Source: Macrostomum lignano
Taxonomy: Eukaryota
Assembly: GCA_002269645.1 (NCBI GenBank)
Contig: NIVC01002906.1
Span: 62,001-126,000 of the forward strand
Reading direction: 5' to 3'
DNA: 64,000 nt
A model generated the notes under the pieces. It made no database searches. It saw nothing but the letters and a program-made list of their open reading frames with translations, and had not been told where the DNA came from. Of the stretch, positions 1 to 13,183 are shown one piece after another. Position 1 is the first letter of the stretch; the number at the start of each line of letters is the position of its first letter. Position numbers and translations under genes: made by a program.

Positions 1-136
<136 letters not shown>

Positions 137-597
137 GGCTGCCCCGTCTCCATTCAGCAAGTGGAGTTAAAAATCCAAATCCAGCAATATAATTTACAAC
201 CGGGCAGCGCTGATTGGAGGCCATAAATCATATTGGAAATGAAAGATTTTTTACCGGGCGGCAGTTTCAGAGATCTGCCCCACTGATGCAGCGCGGCATT
301 GCCGTGCCCAGCCTCAGCCGCAGTGGCAGCAATTCTGGTTACGGCAGAGGCTTGCGCAATCCAAACTCTGGTCTGTTACTTTTGCCAAATGCGTTCTCGA
401 GAGCTCGGGATGCCGTGTGTATAGTGCTATAAAATGTACAGTCATAGTTGCCATGCAAAATTTTCCTTTTGCTTGAATTGTCAACTTGGTCGTGTTTTCC
501 GATTCTTACGAGTAGCTCGATGACAAACTGCCGGTAGCAATTCCCTAGCAACCCAAATAGGCTTGCCGTCTGCAGCGATTAGGGCGCGAAATTACTG

Positions 598-1420
598 GCC
601 ATATTTTGTGTCAAAAAAGAGCTATATTTTTGTGTCAGAGGGAGCCATATTTTTGTGTCAGAGGGTTCCATATTTTGGTGTCAGAGGGAGCCATATTTTG
701 TGTCAGAGGCTGCCATATTTTGTGTCAGAGGCTGCCATATTTTGTGTCAGAGGCTGCCATATTTTGTGTCAGAGGCTGCCATATTTTGTGTCAGAGGCTG
801 CCATATTTTGTGTCAGAGGCTGCCATATTTTGTGTCAGAGGCTGCCATATTTTGTGTCAGAGGCTGCCATATTTTGTGTCAGAGGCTGCCATATTTAGCG
901 TCAGAGTGAGCCATATTTTAGTGTCAGAGGCTGCCATATTTAGTGTCAGAGTGAGCCAAATTTTAGTGTCAGAGGCTGCCATATTTTGGTGTCAGATAGA
1001 GTCGAATTTTTGTGTCATAGGGTGAGATATTTTGTGTCCGAGGGTGCCATATTTTGTCAGAGGGTGCGATATTTTGTGTCAGAGGGTGAGATATTTTGTG
1101 TCAGAGGGTGAGATATTTTGTGTCCGAGGGTGCCATATTTTTGTCAGAGGGTGAGATATTTTTGTCAGAGGGTGAGATATTTTGTGTCAGAGGGTGAGAT
1201 ATTTTGTGTCAGAGGGTGAGATATTTTGTGTCCGAGGGTGCCATATTTTTGTCAGAGGGTGAGATATTTTTGTCAGAGGGTGAGATATTTTGTGTCAGAG
1301 GGTGAGATATTTTGTGTCAGAGGGTGAGATATTTTGTGTCCGAGGGTGAGATATTTTGTGTCAAAGGGTGAGATATTTTGTGTCAGAGGGTGAGATATTT
1401 TGTGTCCGAGGGTGCCATAC
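598..1420. repeat. ~22-bp minisatellite (GCCATATTTTGTGTCAGAGGCT), two variant zones
   Basis: Units with GGCTGCC dominate ~700-990 and units with GGGTGAG dominate ~1020-1410. The ORFs called here are repeat read-throughs. Confidence 0.95.
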
Positions 1421-2065
1421 TTTTGACATAGATTTGCAAAATTTTGTTAAGAATGCATTAAATTACACTGAGCTGCAAATAAATATTCTTAGAACGAAAA
1501 ATTTTGCTTTTTCCCATAAAAGTATTTCTTTCCTGTGACTCAGTCTTAGAAGCGGTTATAAAAGGAAACTATTTTATAAAAAAGTTGAAACAAAATATTA
1601 GAAAACTTCAATCGGGTCAGGCCAATAAACCGCACCTGCGGCAATTTTAAATCGCGATTCTACGAGAAAAACAGCTCAGGATTTTGCAGAGGGAATATTT
1701 GTGTAAAATTGCCAACAGCTGTTCCCCATCTTCAGGAGCGAGTTAACTGAGTCAAAATGAATTCAAGCAATTTATGGCTTCGCAGAAAAAGTTATTGATT
1801 GACTTCTCCAGTTCGTGTACACAGTGTGTATTGAACAAGTTTTTGCCATAGCTAATAAACTCACTGCCATCATTCATTAATTTCTTTTGCCAACAGGCAC
1901 TTGCAGTGGGACTTCCTAGGCTTTGCTTAGTGGCGGCAGCTTTGCCCCCTTTTTTCTTTGATTACCGCCTGCCTGAGTCAATACGCTGGGCTGCCTGTTG
2001 TTGAGCTTGAAGATGAGTATTCGTGTGCTGTGGAGTCTCACCGACTGACAGCCTGTATTAAACGC

Positions 2066-2741
2066 TCTGTCACCCAGATGAGGCATTCCTGACACCCGAA
2101 TGAGGCATCCCTGACGATACCTAGATGAGGCATCCCTGACACCCAGATGAGGCAATCCCTGACACCCAGATGAGGCAATCCCTGACACCCAGATGAGGCA
2201 ATCCCTGACACCTAGATGAGGCATCCCTGACACCTAGATGAGGCCTCCCTGACACCCATGAGATGAGGCATCCCTGACAGACACCCAGATGAGGCATCCC
2301 TGACAGACACCCAGATGAGGCCTCCCTGACAGACACCCAGATGAGGCATCCCTGACAGACACCCAGATGAGGCCTCCCTGACAGACACCCAGATGAGGCC
2401 TCCCTGACAGACACCCAGATGAGGCATCCCTGACAGACACCCAGATGAGGCCTCCCTGACAGACACCCAGATGAGGCCTCCCTGACAGACACCCAGATAA
2501 GGCCTCCCTGACAGACACCTAGATGAGGCCTCCCTGACACCCAGATGAGGCCTCCCTGACACCCATGAGATGAGGCATCCCTGACACCCATGAGATGAGG
2601 CATCCCTGACAGACACCCAGATGAAGCATCCCTGACGCCCATGAGATGAGGCATCCCTGACGCCCATGAGATGAAGCATCCCTGACACCCATGAGATGAG
2701 GCATCCCTGACGACACCTACATGTAGATGAGGCATCCCTGT
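2066..2741. repeat. 22/26-bp minisatellite (GACACCCAGATGAGGCATCCCT, +/-ACAG)
   Basis: Visible tandem periodicity. The overlapping minus-strand ORFs are repetitive translations. Confidence 0.95.
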
Positions 2742-3372
2742 CACAGTGTGGCATTCCTGCTGACTCCCATAGCGTCGAATTTGACATCTTTGTTGGTTGC
2801 TTTTTCGGATTTTTTTAGTCCTATCACAGTTGTCGCTTGCTAAAATTTCGAATCAGGCTTTCTATGGGCATGCGCCAGTTCTATATGTACCTGTAAATTA
2901 GCATTCCTGTCTCATTTTGTCAGATACCGTAATATACTGAATTGGGAACAAATCGCTTATATTATATCTGAACGTAATAAAATCTGGATACATGGCGCCT
3001 GTGCACTAAGAAGCGAGAGACAACATCAACACACGGCATGCACACGTGTCACCTTGGGTCGAGCTGCTGCATGCATGATGTAAAAACTCTCTAAGCGATA
3101 TGCGTAAGCGTAGTCTTTGAAGTCAGCTTGGCTAGTATTGACAATTGAACTAAACGAATTAAGGCCGCATAAGTCTGTCCGGCCAGTAAGCCAGGTGTGG
3201 AGCGAGCGAAGGCTATGAGCTGATGGGATTATTATTCTAAGACTCAGTGTAAACAGTATTTTAATTCCGCTAAGTAATTTATTTATTGTAGCTGTACATG
3301 TATACATTCTTTCAGCAATTCAATAATCCTGTCACTGTGTAAGCTAACATGTACGCGTAGCTATAGAAAAAG

Positions 3373-3681
3373 TAGGCGCGTCGCCACTGGGGGGGGACAT
3401 GCCAATGCTTTGTCCCTTCCACCCCACCTTGTGATCCGTTGTGGTAATTGTGGTAATTTTCTACAGGGCACCAAAACATAGCGCCTTCGGCGCCAAAATG
3501 TGTGCTTGTGGTGCTAAAAGGAATGCTGCATGCGTTGCCAAAACGAGTGCCTGCGGCGCCCAAAGGAGCGCTGACAACACGATTCTCAAAATAATGAAAA
3601 TGTAGGAATTTACTCATGTACATGTACATGTTGAATTCTTGGCTCTGTCCCCCCACCATAAAATCCATGGCGATACCCCTG
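3373..3681. mobile_element. Short degenerate hAT-like MITE, same family interior as the 40567-43579 element
   Basis: Imperfect TIRs TAGGCGCGTCGCCA / TGGCGATACCCCTG, with GAAAAAG on both flanks (3366-3372, 3682-3688). The interior (ACATAGCGCCTTCGGCGCCAAAATG...GACAACACGATTCTCAAAATAAT) matches 40752-42245. Confidence 0.55.
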
Positions 3682-4691
3682 GAAAAAGGGATTTGGACAA
3701 TATATTTACATTTTTGGTCCATCATATATATAATTGTTATTAGCCAACAGGGCCAAAAGCAGCAAGAGGGAAGGCACAGGCGTGGCGACAAAGGCAGCGG
3801 ACGAAACGAGTCCTGCGATAGCGAATATATTTTAGGATTTGAGGCGATTAAAAGGGAAGTCACGAAGCAACGGAATAAAAGCATTACAAGAAAATTAATA
3901 AAAAAAATTTTACGAGCCAAAGCGCTCTCGCAGCGCGCACGAGAGAGCGTGAGCGCACAAATAAAAGGGGGCCGACGCCGCCCACCCCCAACCCAACACC
4001 CCCACCTGCCGGCCGGCACCCAGCACCCCACCTTGCGGCAGGGATGCACACGCGCGGGCCGCACGCACAGACGGGCGGAGGGGGCGGCCCCGTCGGCTAA
4101 ACACGATTACAGAGCAGGTTAAAACCGGCCCCTGAAATCGCAACCGTGCGAGACATTCTGAATGCTCCTTGACTGAAATGAGAATACATGGCACTTTACA
4201 TGTAGCATCCACATTAAAACTCCAGAGCTTTAATATATTTAATCGTCTGCGCGCTTTCTTTATTATCAAGCAGCAGTTAGTGGATTCGTTGGGGGGGGGG
4301 GGGGCAAGGACCGAAAATTTCCCAAGACCCAAAGTCAAGTAGTCCTTGAAAATTCCATTTATCTTACCTTGTTTTGAAAAGAATTTGAAATAGTTGATAT
4401 TTGAAAAAAATTACTTAATATCATCGCGCTTACTATAATTTGAGATGGACAAGTAAATAGCACAAGAGTTAGACTATTGTATAGTGATTCCGCGTTTTTC
4501 CTGCTTACCTGTTACGTAGCACATTAGTCAACGAATTTTACAATTTAAATTCTAAAAATTCCAGGAACAATAAATCTTAAATTTTTCCACCCAGACAGGA
4601 CAACAGAAGGACATAGCATTATTGTACAGTATACAGTCCAGTTACCGAGTCGAATTTAGATCAGTACAATACAACAGTAGTAGACCTAGCG

Positions 4692-7600
4692 ATGGCACAA
4701 GCGCATATTTCAAAGTCACAATCAAGTGTGCCATATCAGCAACAACAGTCTCTTCCGATGTTGTCTGGTTATGAATCCAGGCAAATTAGCTATCCGAGCG
4801 CAACTGGCAGTTTTGGCGCTCCAGTTGGCTATCCAGGGCAGGGAATGTCAGTTCGTGGCTCAGTAAATCCGTATGCCAGTGGGCAATTCATTCCCAATCA
4901 AAATTCAACAATGGGAGGTCGAACTGGCTCGCGAAGCAATCTGGCTCGCCAGTCAAGAAGCCTCGGTGCATCGAAGGCTTCCGTAGTCAGTGAGAGAGGC
5001 GGAAAGACCAACATTCGTAGAGAGTATCAAGACAAGAAGTTACGACGAAACTTGCAGTCGCCAATGTACGGCAAAGGTCGAACTCCATTTTTCATTGCTG
5101 TTGCACTGTTTGTGCTTGGTAGCGTTTTAATTCTTCTTGGAGTTGTTGTGCTGCTTCTTCGTTTTCACAACAACATCATGCTCTCTATTGACAAAGGCGA
5201 AATTATTGGACCTCTATTGATTTCTTTGGGAATTGCTTCATTGGCTGGTGGAATCAAGTTTTTATATGATGCCTATGTAATTAGCAACAATGAGAGAAAT
5301 AGAATCAAAGTAAGTTTTGCATTCACTTTTATTCATATATACATTGTAAATTAGTAAATATGTTTGGATTACAATCACTGAACATATATTTAGAATTAGA
5401 AATCAAAATATAGTTTGGCCATTAAACTAAAATTAAACTAATTAAACTAAAAGCTTATAAAGTTATTTTTCATTGAATGCTTTAAATATTATTTTTTGAT
5501 TAGGCCTAGTATACCAATAAATTTATTGTTTAGACTTAGTTTATATATTACATTTTCTAGAAATTAGTAGGCCTATTATAGCTTAGAATAATGTCTAGTA
5601 GCCTTTTAAATATTATAATCTAGAACTTACATGTGCAACCCCCTGATTTACAATGGCCATGCAACTTATTTTTTGACCAAATTCCCTATGAAAAAACCCT
5701 ATAGCATAAATATTACCATTTTGGGTAAATGGCAAGAGTAACTATGACTGTCTTATATTAAAGCTAAATGCCTTATCATCTAATTAGTATTATGTCTATT
5801 ATTTTGGGTTGCCATTTTTTGTAGCTTACCCCTGGTCCACCAACATTTTCAATGGCAAGATTGGCCAGGTTAGCCAGTAGTTGCGCTTATATGATCTAGA
5901 CTATAGCTAGGGTACATCATACATGCGCAACAGTCGGCCGAGTCGGCCGATCTGGCCAACCGATTTGGCGGCCAACCAAAGTAAGTCGCAAAAATGCCCA
6001 CCCAAATAAATACCGAAGTAGTACTAAGTAGCTGACGAGGCATTTTGCCCTAAAAATACAGTCATAGTTACTCCAGCCGTTTACCCAAAGTTGCGTTAAT
6101 TTTGCTTTAGGGTTTCTTTTACATGTAAGTTGCATTTTTGACCAAAAACGATGTCGCATTTTTGTTAAAACTAAGTCACATGGCCGAACAAATTTTGGAA
6201 GTTGCGCATGTATGGGGTACATGATACAAGATGGCCACAGATCTAAATGTCTAAATTAAAATAAAAAATAATCAGTATAGGTCTATATATTTCACTCATT
6301 TCTATTTCCCTATTGGTAATAATTAGGAAGATATATGCTAAAATGGAATTATATTATATTATAATCATTCTCTTTGTTTTTAGGCCTAGCTTTTATTGTA
6401 GCTTGACCTATAGATGTTTATTTACTAAATAAAGCAAGTAGCCAAGCATAAAATAAATACCTTGTTGTATATTTAACTCATTTTTGCATTGCATTATTAT
6501 TAGCAATGGTTTCTTAATAAACTGATAGTGATATGTTTGATATATATGGCCTTATGGGAATAAATTGGCATAAACACTAAAAAGATTAAAAAAATTTATT
6601 ATGAATAATTTGTTTCAAATCTATTATTGTATCAATATTTATAAATATGATTGATTCAAAAAAAATACTTCATGATAATAAAACAATAGCTATTAAGTTG
6701 CTAATTATTGTTAGAGAAAAAGCAGATATAATAGAGATTTAATGTTGTGGCTATGGCCATGGCCATCTTGGTCTTACACCATAGCTAGGCCTATATTTTA
6801 AGTATTAGAATACTTCCCAATCTTGGTAATCTAGCTTAAGAATCCATACTTTTATCTAATAAAACAAAGTATATTTTTATGTTTAAAATAAAATCATGTT
6901 GAAGCAATTTATGCGAAACTTTATTTTGGATATTATAAAGCAATTCAATGCATTTTCGACTTGGTTAAAACAAGAACACTTAGTAAAAGTTTCAATATAG
7001 GGCCTAGTCAATCAAGGTAGATACCTTATTAAACAATTTGCTTGGCATAACTATAGCACTTCTATAATTTTAGAATTTTAGCATAAGAAACTTATAGATA
7101 CAGATATAATACTAATATTAAATGATGAGGCATTTAGCCTTAATAGTATAGGCATAGTTACTGTTGCCATTTACCCAAAATTAGGTTAATTTTTCTTAGG
7201 TTTCTTTTATAACTAGTAGGTTAGCAGCATTTTTGGTCAAAAAAGAAAGTTAACATAGCCAGTGTAAATCAGGGGGTGTGCATATATATGCACTTGTATG
7301 ATCTACTTGGTAATGATTTTGCTTTTTATCATCAATTGATTATGATTGTATAAGATGATATGCACCAACCCAGTAGACATAGCTGATTTCTTATCTAGCA
7401 AAGTTCTCTTCAGTGGCAGCTTACCTAAAGTGGCTCTAAAGTGGTCTTTAATAAGGTCTCTAAAGGTCTAAAGTGGCTCATCTTCCAGAAACTGCCATCT
7501 GTTTTTCACTACTAGATTATAAAACATTGATGTAAAGATTTTCTGTGAGATATTTGCATTCACTCAGATTTAATTTGATAATAGTCAATAATATCCTAGA

Positions 7601-8343
7601 AAAATATTTATGTCTATCTTTTATATGAGATTAAGCATGCCTTTTTGGGAGCTATTTTCATAAATCCTGCAAATATCATGTTTAATATTTCTACAAAAAA
7701 TTGTCATATGACTGCTTTTTGCTAACAATAGATGGGTCCAAAATAATAGTTAGTTAAAAAACCATATTTAGTTTCCATGTTTTACTTGCTGTACTGTCTT
7801 TTAGTTTTGAATTGACTACCTAAATAAACTCTAATATGTTTCAAATTTTATTGAAATTGTTTTTAGTTTACTTCGGCCAGCGATTCCCTCATTCAAGCAA
7901 CAACCAACAGGGCTGGGCCAGTTAAAGCTCCGCCAACGTGAGTGACTTAGTGGCATTTTTGTGTTATTTAACTGCCTCTCTGCTCTCACCCAGTGTCCTT
8001 GAATCCGCCTCTTCGCTCCTCACCCAGTGCCCTTGAATCCGCCTCTCCGCTCCTCACCCAGTATCCTTGAATCCGCCTCTCCGCTCCTCACCCAGTGTCC
8101 TTGAATCCGCCTCTCCACTCCTCACTCAGTGTCCTTGAATCCGCCTCTCCACTCCTCACTCAGTATCGCCTACTTATAGTAGACTGGTGTATAAAAGTGT
8201 ATTAATTTTGAATTGTAAAAATATTTATACGATCTACGAAAACGAAACAAAAAACCAGGGAGATGCTGATGAGCGGCACCGTGTCAGCCAATGCCGTGAG
8301 CCGGACACCGCACGGATCCATGGGCTCATTGAACAAGGTGTGA
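4692..8343 (+). CDS. Uncharacterised two-transmembrane protein, ~257 aa; exons 4692-5309, 7867-7937, 8259-8343
   Basis: ATG 4692 opens a Ser/Gln-rich N-terminus and two hydrophobic segments (FFIAVALFVLGSVLILLGVVVLLL; IIGPLLISLGIASLAGGIKFLY). GTAAGT donor at 5310; TTTTAG acceptor at 7866 and GTGAGT donor at 7938; CCAG acceptor at 8258. Phases are consistent to TGA 8341-8343. The last acceptor is A-rich, so exon 3 is less certain. Confidence 0.65.
5628..7290. mobile_element. Old degenerate TIR element in intron 1, with a nested ~307-bp MITE (5913-6219)
   Basis: CATGTGCAACCCCCTGATTTACAATGGC (~5630) is inversely matched by GCCAGTGTAAATCAGGGGGTGTGCAT (~7258). Further inverted matches: TTTTGGGTAAATGGCAA / TTGCCATTTACCCAAAA. 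The inner element has CATACATGCGCAAC (5918-5931) / GTTGCGCATGTATG (6201-6214) with TA at both ends. Confidence 0.55.
7985..8164. repeat. 34-bp intronic minisatellite (CTCACCCAGTGTCCTTGAATCCGCCTCTCCGCTC), ~5 copies
   Basis: Period of 34 measured between 7985 and 8019. Lies in intron 2 of the two-TM gene. Confidence 0.93.
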
Positions 8344-9282
8344 ATTTCAAGTTTTCAACAGTCATAACTATTCGGTTAACTCTGTTGTGTTTTTTATGAA
8401 CTCTACTAAAAGTAGGAAGGCTAGGACATTTCTCTACGCACAAATACTCAAGTAACGAAGCAGACAAACTGTGTTGATATTTCCCATAAATTCAAGAAAT
8501 CGAGTACAAGAATATCCTATTCTTCACGGGCGAATAGTCCTTTTTGTGTTTGTGTTGTGAAATAATTTTCCTATGATCAAAATTATCGATTAAAAATAGT
8601 CTGTTTTAAAAGTTTCTTTGTCGAATTTTATCTCTTTTTACACATTGAATCTTATTTAAAGTTTTAAAGTGCGTAAATATTATTGAATTTAGTTTAGTGA
8701 TTTTATGTTGCAATTTTTAACAAATCACATTCCTGATTAGTTTTTTGTTATTGTAAAGAACATTCCATTCAATATTAACTGTTGTATTCTATAGTATATA
8801 TGCCAATATGCCGCATGTTTTTAGTCAGTGCACTTTTAACAGTTGCTTTTAATTGAAAAGTCTAAACGCAATATAGAACAGCTTTTTTAAATCGGCGCGT
8901 TTTTTGTTATAATCTTTTGTTTTAAAAATTCTGCTGTTTGTTGTTGACTGAATCTTTTATAAAAAGTCTCATATTTAATTTGTTTTTTTCACTATAAATA
9001 TCGAGTGCAATTCCTGTTTAGCCATGATGCAATACATTGTTTTATTCACAGATATTAAAGTACACCGGCTTGTTGCACTTTTATCGGCTCTTGATGTGTC
9101 ACTGAAAAAACTTGAATTTTACTTAGTTTTTTATTTCTTACCCTTGGCTAGATAAAAAACGACTGATTTGCTCTATGTGCTACTGGTCAGCCAGATTGTG
9201 AGTAGTATGTCGCGGGAGAAAAGAATCCTACAGCTTGAAGGCTGCCAATGCTGATTAAGAGAGCCCTAAACTACCTGTCCTG

Positions 9283-9356
9283 GCCGGTAGGGTGCCTGCA
9301 GCATCAGCAGCACCTCCTGCACCGGCTCTGAGCAGTAGTCCGTCAGCTTCCAGGTT
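9283..9356 (-). mobile_element. Small internally deleted fragment of the same RTE-like LINE family as 13135-14166
   Basis: GCCGGTAGGGTGCCTGCAGCATCAGCAGCACCTCCTGCACCGGCTCTGAGCAGTA matches ~13316-13372, followed by CGTCAGCTTCCAGG matching ~13554-13567. Confidence 0.75.
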
Positions 9357-10795
9357 GTATTAAGTACTACATGTACTTCAAATCAGGCAGATTTTGCTGG
9401 GGAGGCCGGTTTTCGCTCCAAAATGTTTTATTGAGATAAGACGATTTCATATTTTTAGCATTGAATTCACACAACATCTCTTCACCTGCTGGACATCTTT
9501 CTGACCTTAAGATTAGTATCATGGACAACTAGAGTAGAGTACAACAAGTTTCTACTCTAGTTGTCCATGATTAGCATTTTTACAAAACACTGAATGAAGT
9601 TTTGCCATGAACATACATGTATTCAGTCAAGAAATATCAGTGTTTAAAATATGTTTGTGGCCAGTCGGTACTCTATGACAAAAATTATTTCCCCTTTAGG
9701 AGAATTTACAGTTTAATGCTCCTGATATCATTAAATGGTCGATTTTATCCTCAAAAGTGACTGCATATACTGATAGAATTAAGTAATTACCTTTAAATGC
9801 AGCCTCGGACAAATAGGAAAAAGTGACATTTCGTCAGAACTTTGCTTGCTTGTCGTTCTCTTCGGGTACTCGTAGCATTTCATGGAAAAGAGTTTGTTAA
9901 AATTGCAGACGCACTGTGGAAGTTCAGAAGTTGAGATATTGTGAATTTAATGTTAAGAAACCTCTTTTTACCCTTAACCTTCAAAAATGACCCCCCAAAC
10001 AGCCTCTTAATTACAATCCTCCTTGCGTCGACCCGCCCCTGGATGTTGAACTTGCGTCACCGAGACTGCACTCGCGTCCTTCCTAATGTCATCTCTAACA
10101 GCGATCGAGCTGAAGCCCACCGTGCACTACAGACGTGTCAAGCGCACCTGAGCATTATTTAATCAATGCAGTATAATCCTCTTTCTGCGAGTGAAATCTT
10201 CGCCAATTGCTTGCCACACTCAAATCGGTCAAGTGAACCGGCATAATTAAAGTACACCTTGATAACAGTTTGGAATCGCCGGCTGTTGCCCCCGACGCAA
10301 CGGTGGGCGGAGAGGCCACTTGAGCGCAGCCGGGGGTCCTCTCGGAGGCCCAATCCAGTCTGCATGGGCTCAGCCATTACGAGAGCGGATGAAGCGATCG
10401 AGGTCCAGGGGCGTAAGTGCCAGATTTCGACGCTGAGCCAGGCCGGGTTTGCACCTGCGGTCCTCTTCTAGTAGTAGGAACGAGCCGAACCCAGGGACAC
10501 TTTGATGAAGAATTTGGATTGCGTCATTTCTCAGTTCAGACAGTTTTTACTAACTTTATCTGCACAAACTTCTAAACTTTATTAAAAACTGTTGGAAAGT
10601 CAAAGTGCCGCTGTACTGGCGCCTTATACGAGTCAGCGAAATGGGCAGAATTGCCTCCTGGCTGCTTGTGGGATCGACTATGTCGCCAAAGGCGTTGCAC
10701 CAGGGTGCCCACCCGCAGCCTCCCGCAGTTATTAAATATTGTAATTGAATAATTTATTAATTTACTTTAATTTAATTTAATAATAATATTGTAAT

Positions 10796-11061
10796 TTAGT
10801 TCTAATCTAGTCTAATCTAGCTCTAATCTAATCTAGTCTAGTTCTAATCTAGTCTAATCTAGCTCTAATCTAATCTAGTCTAGTTCTAATCTAGTCTAAT
10901 CTAGCTCTAATCTAATCTAGTCTAGTTCTAATCTAGTGTAGTCTAGTTCTAATTTAGCATAGTCTAGTCTAGTTCTAATCTAGTTCTAATCCAGTCTAGT
11001 ATAGTCTAGTCTAGTTCTAATCCAGTCTAGTATAGTCTAGTCTAGTTCTAATCTAGTCTAG
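10796..11061. repeat. (TCTAR)n-type low-complexity repeat
   Basis: Alternating TCTAA/TCTAG pentamers. Confidence 0.9.
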
Positions 11062-11438
11062 TAAAGTCTGCAGACTGGATTTGATTTGAACTTCCGACTG
11101 GAAAGTCCGGCTGGCAAACCTCGGCGGGAAAACTTCCTGTGGGAAATTCTCGTGCTCCCGAGCGGTAAATCGCCTCTCTTTTGGGTGCAGAAACGAAAAA
11201 GCTGCAGTCGGTTTATCGGCAACAGAAATTCGACGCAGGCCGACGTATCACGTCGATATCCATCGGTGTAATGAAAAGATATCCATTTCTGCTTGAGAAG
11301 GTGGCATCGCTGAGCAGGGGTTCCATGATTTTCTACCCCGGTACTCTGAACCATTAGTTCGTATAAAGTTAGTTCGATCAGAGTATATCACTGGGTCGTA
11401 ATAACTGACAACTGCTTTATGCACCTGCGGACAGTCAC

Positions 11439-12136
11439 CAAGGACGACTTAAGTAGAAGGACGGGAAACCTCGTTTCTTAGAAATTTTTTGAAGCCACTT
11501 TTTCCCGAAAAAATACACTGCGGAGATAGGAAATTTTCATTTTTTCAGCACAAAAATTGCTATAACTTTTGATAGGAGGCAGATCCAGTGTTGATCTTTT
11601 GATATGTTGTGCCTTTTTTATTGCTCTATCGATATTTATAAAGCTTTCCGTTCAGAAAATTAGGATTCTATGTTAATTTTTAATTCTACGTATATTTTCA
11701 TGTGTCTTGTGCTTGAAATACATTAGAATGCCACGGCTTGGCTCTTTGATTTTATGAGTCTATTTTATCCTTCTTACCTGACTGTATAGCAAATAGTCGT
11801 AACATAGATGATAAAATAAATTCATAAAACTAAATATTAGAGCTGTGTTATGCATTTTTGTGATTTTTAGATACAGGAAATATACGTAGAATAAAAAATT
11901 AACATAGAATCCTAATTTTCTGAACGGAAAGCTTTATAAATATCGATAGAGCAATAAAAAAGGCACAACATATCAAAAGATCAACACTGGATCTGCCTCC
12001 TATCAAAAGTTATAGCAATTTTTGTGCTGAAAAAATGAAAATTTCCTATCTCCGCAGTGTATTTTTTCGGGAAAAAGTGCCTTCAAAAATTTTCTAAGAA
12101 ACGAGGTTTCCCGTCCTTCTACTTAAGTCGTCCTTG
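11439..12136. mobile_element. 698-bp non-autonomous DNA transposon (MITE) with ~259-bp TIRs and 8-bp TSD; hAT or P superfamily
   Basis: Arms 11439-11697 and 11878-12136 are reverse complements with ~3 mismatches seen. Termini CAAGGACGACTTAAG / CTTAAGTCGTCCTTG. TSD ACAGTCAC at 11431-11438 and 12137-12144. Confidence 0.92.
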
Positions 12137-13133
12137 ACAGTCACTTTATGGGCCTGATTCACAGTTGACGCCCCAGACTCCGCTTCAGGGTCTCCTTGGC
12201 CGAACCACCCCCTGTGGAGCGAGGGGTGCAATCGTGTAGAGACAGAAATAGTTGAAGAAGCATCCGAACCTGGTCCCCAGCACACCCAGGAGATCAAATA
12301 ATTTGAGAGCTAGGCTATAGGCAGGTTTATCCCCATCAGCTTCATCCGCCTCGGCGTCTGGCGGCTCATCAATTTTTTCTGACACGACACTTTACTGCGC
12401 CCTCCGGCTGAAATCCCCGCTCACCCCGAGGGATTCGAACAAAAGGGGGCAGGTCAATGATGATCCACGATTGGCAACACCGCATAGAATTGGGAGGAGA
12501 TCAGGCTAATCCACCTGTAATCCCCTCACGGGTCCTCGACGCGTTCCGATCTTCTCTCAACCGATTGCTCAATTGACGATGGCGGAGGGTGAAACGCCAT
12601 TGCGGTCTGGCCGGCTGCCAAATCAGCCAATTTCACGGGCTTGCGGGTTCTAATTTTCGACAAAATTGAGACAATCAACAGATGCGGATTAGCGAAAGAA
12701 TTTAGGATTATTTATATGTGGAGGGGAAAGAGTGGCTGGAAAAAAATTATGGTGATGACCCGGTCATCTTTCCAGAAATTACGCTTGTGTACGTGATTTA
12801 AGAGAGACTTAACCACCATTAAATGCAGCCTCGGACAATATTAACCACATTAAGCTCACTTTAAGTTATTACGATGGCACGGAATGATGTGACAGCTCGT
12901 ATCAATCTGACGAACTGCATGGGTTTCCGCTGTCTATGGCATTTGGAATGGCCAATGGAATGGAGGGGGGGGGTACCAGGATACCAAAAGTCGAAAAAGA
13001 GCAAAAACAAAAACAGTAATCCATTATTTTCTTTCCTCCATGAGTATACCACAGAGTTCTGCTAGTTCCTGTTTAAACCTTCCTTTAAATCCACAAATAG
13101 ATTTAAATCCTGTTTAAATCCACAAATCTACGA

Positions 13134-13134
<1 letters not shown>

Positions 13135-13183
<49 letters not shown>

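Noticed and set aside
8231-8256. ATCTACGAAAAC-A-rich motif identical to the sequence abutting the LINE tail at 13126-13137
   Set aside because: Only 12 bp match, too short to call a LINE 3' remnant. It does slightly weaken the exon 3 acceptor call.
12160-12620. Short acidic ORF 12185..12385 (MSEKIDEPPDAEADEADGDK...) and the GC-rich region 9960-10500
   Set aside because: There is no splice-consistent extension or family motif, so it cannot be supported as a gene.
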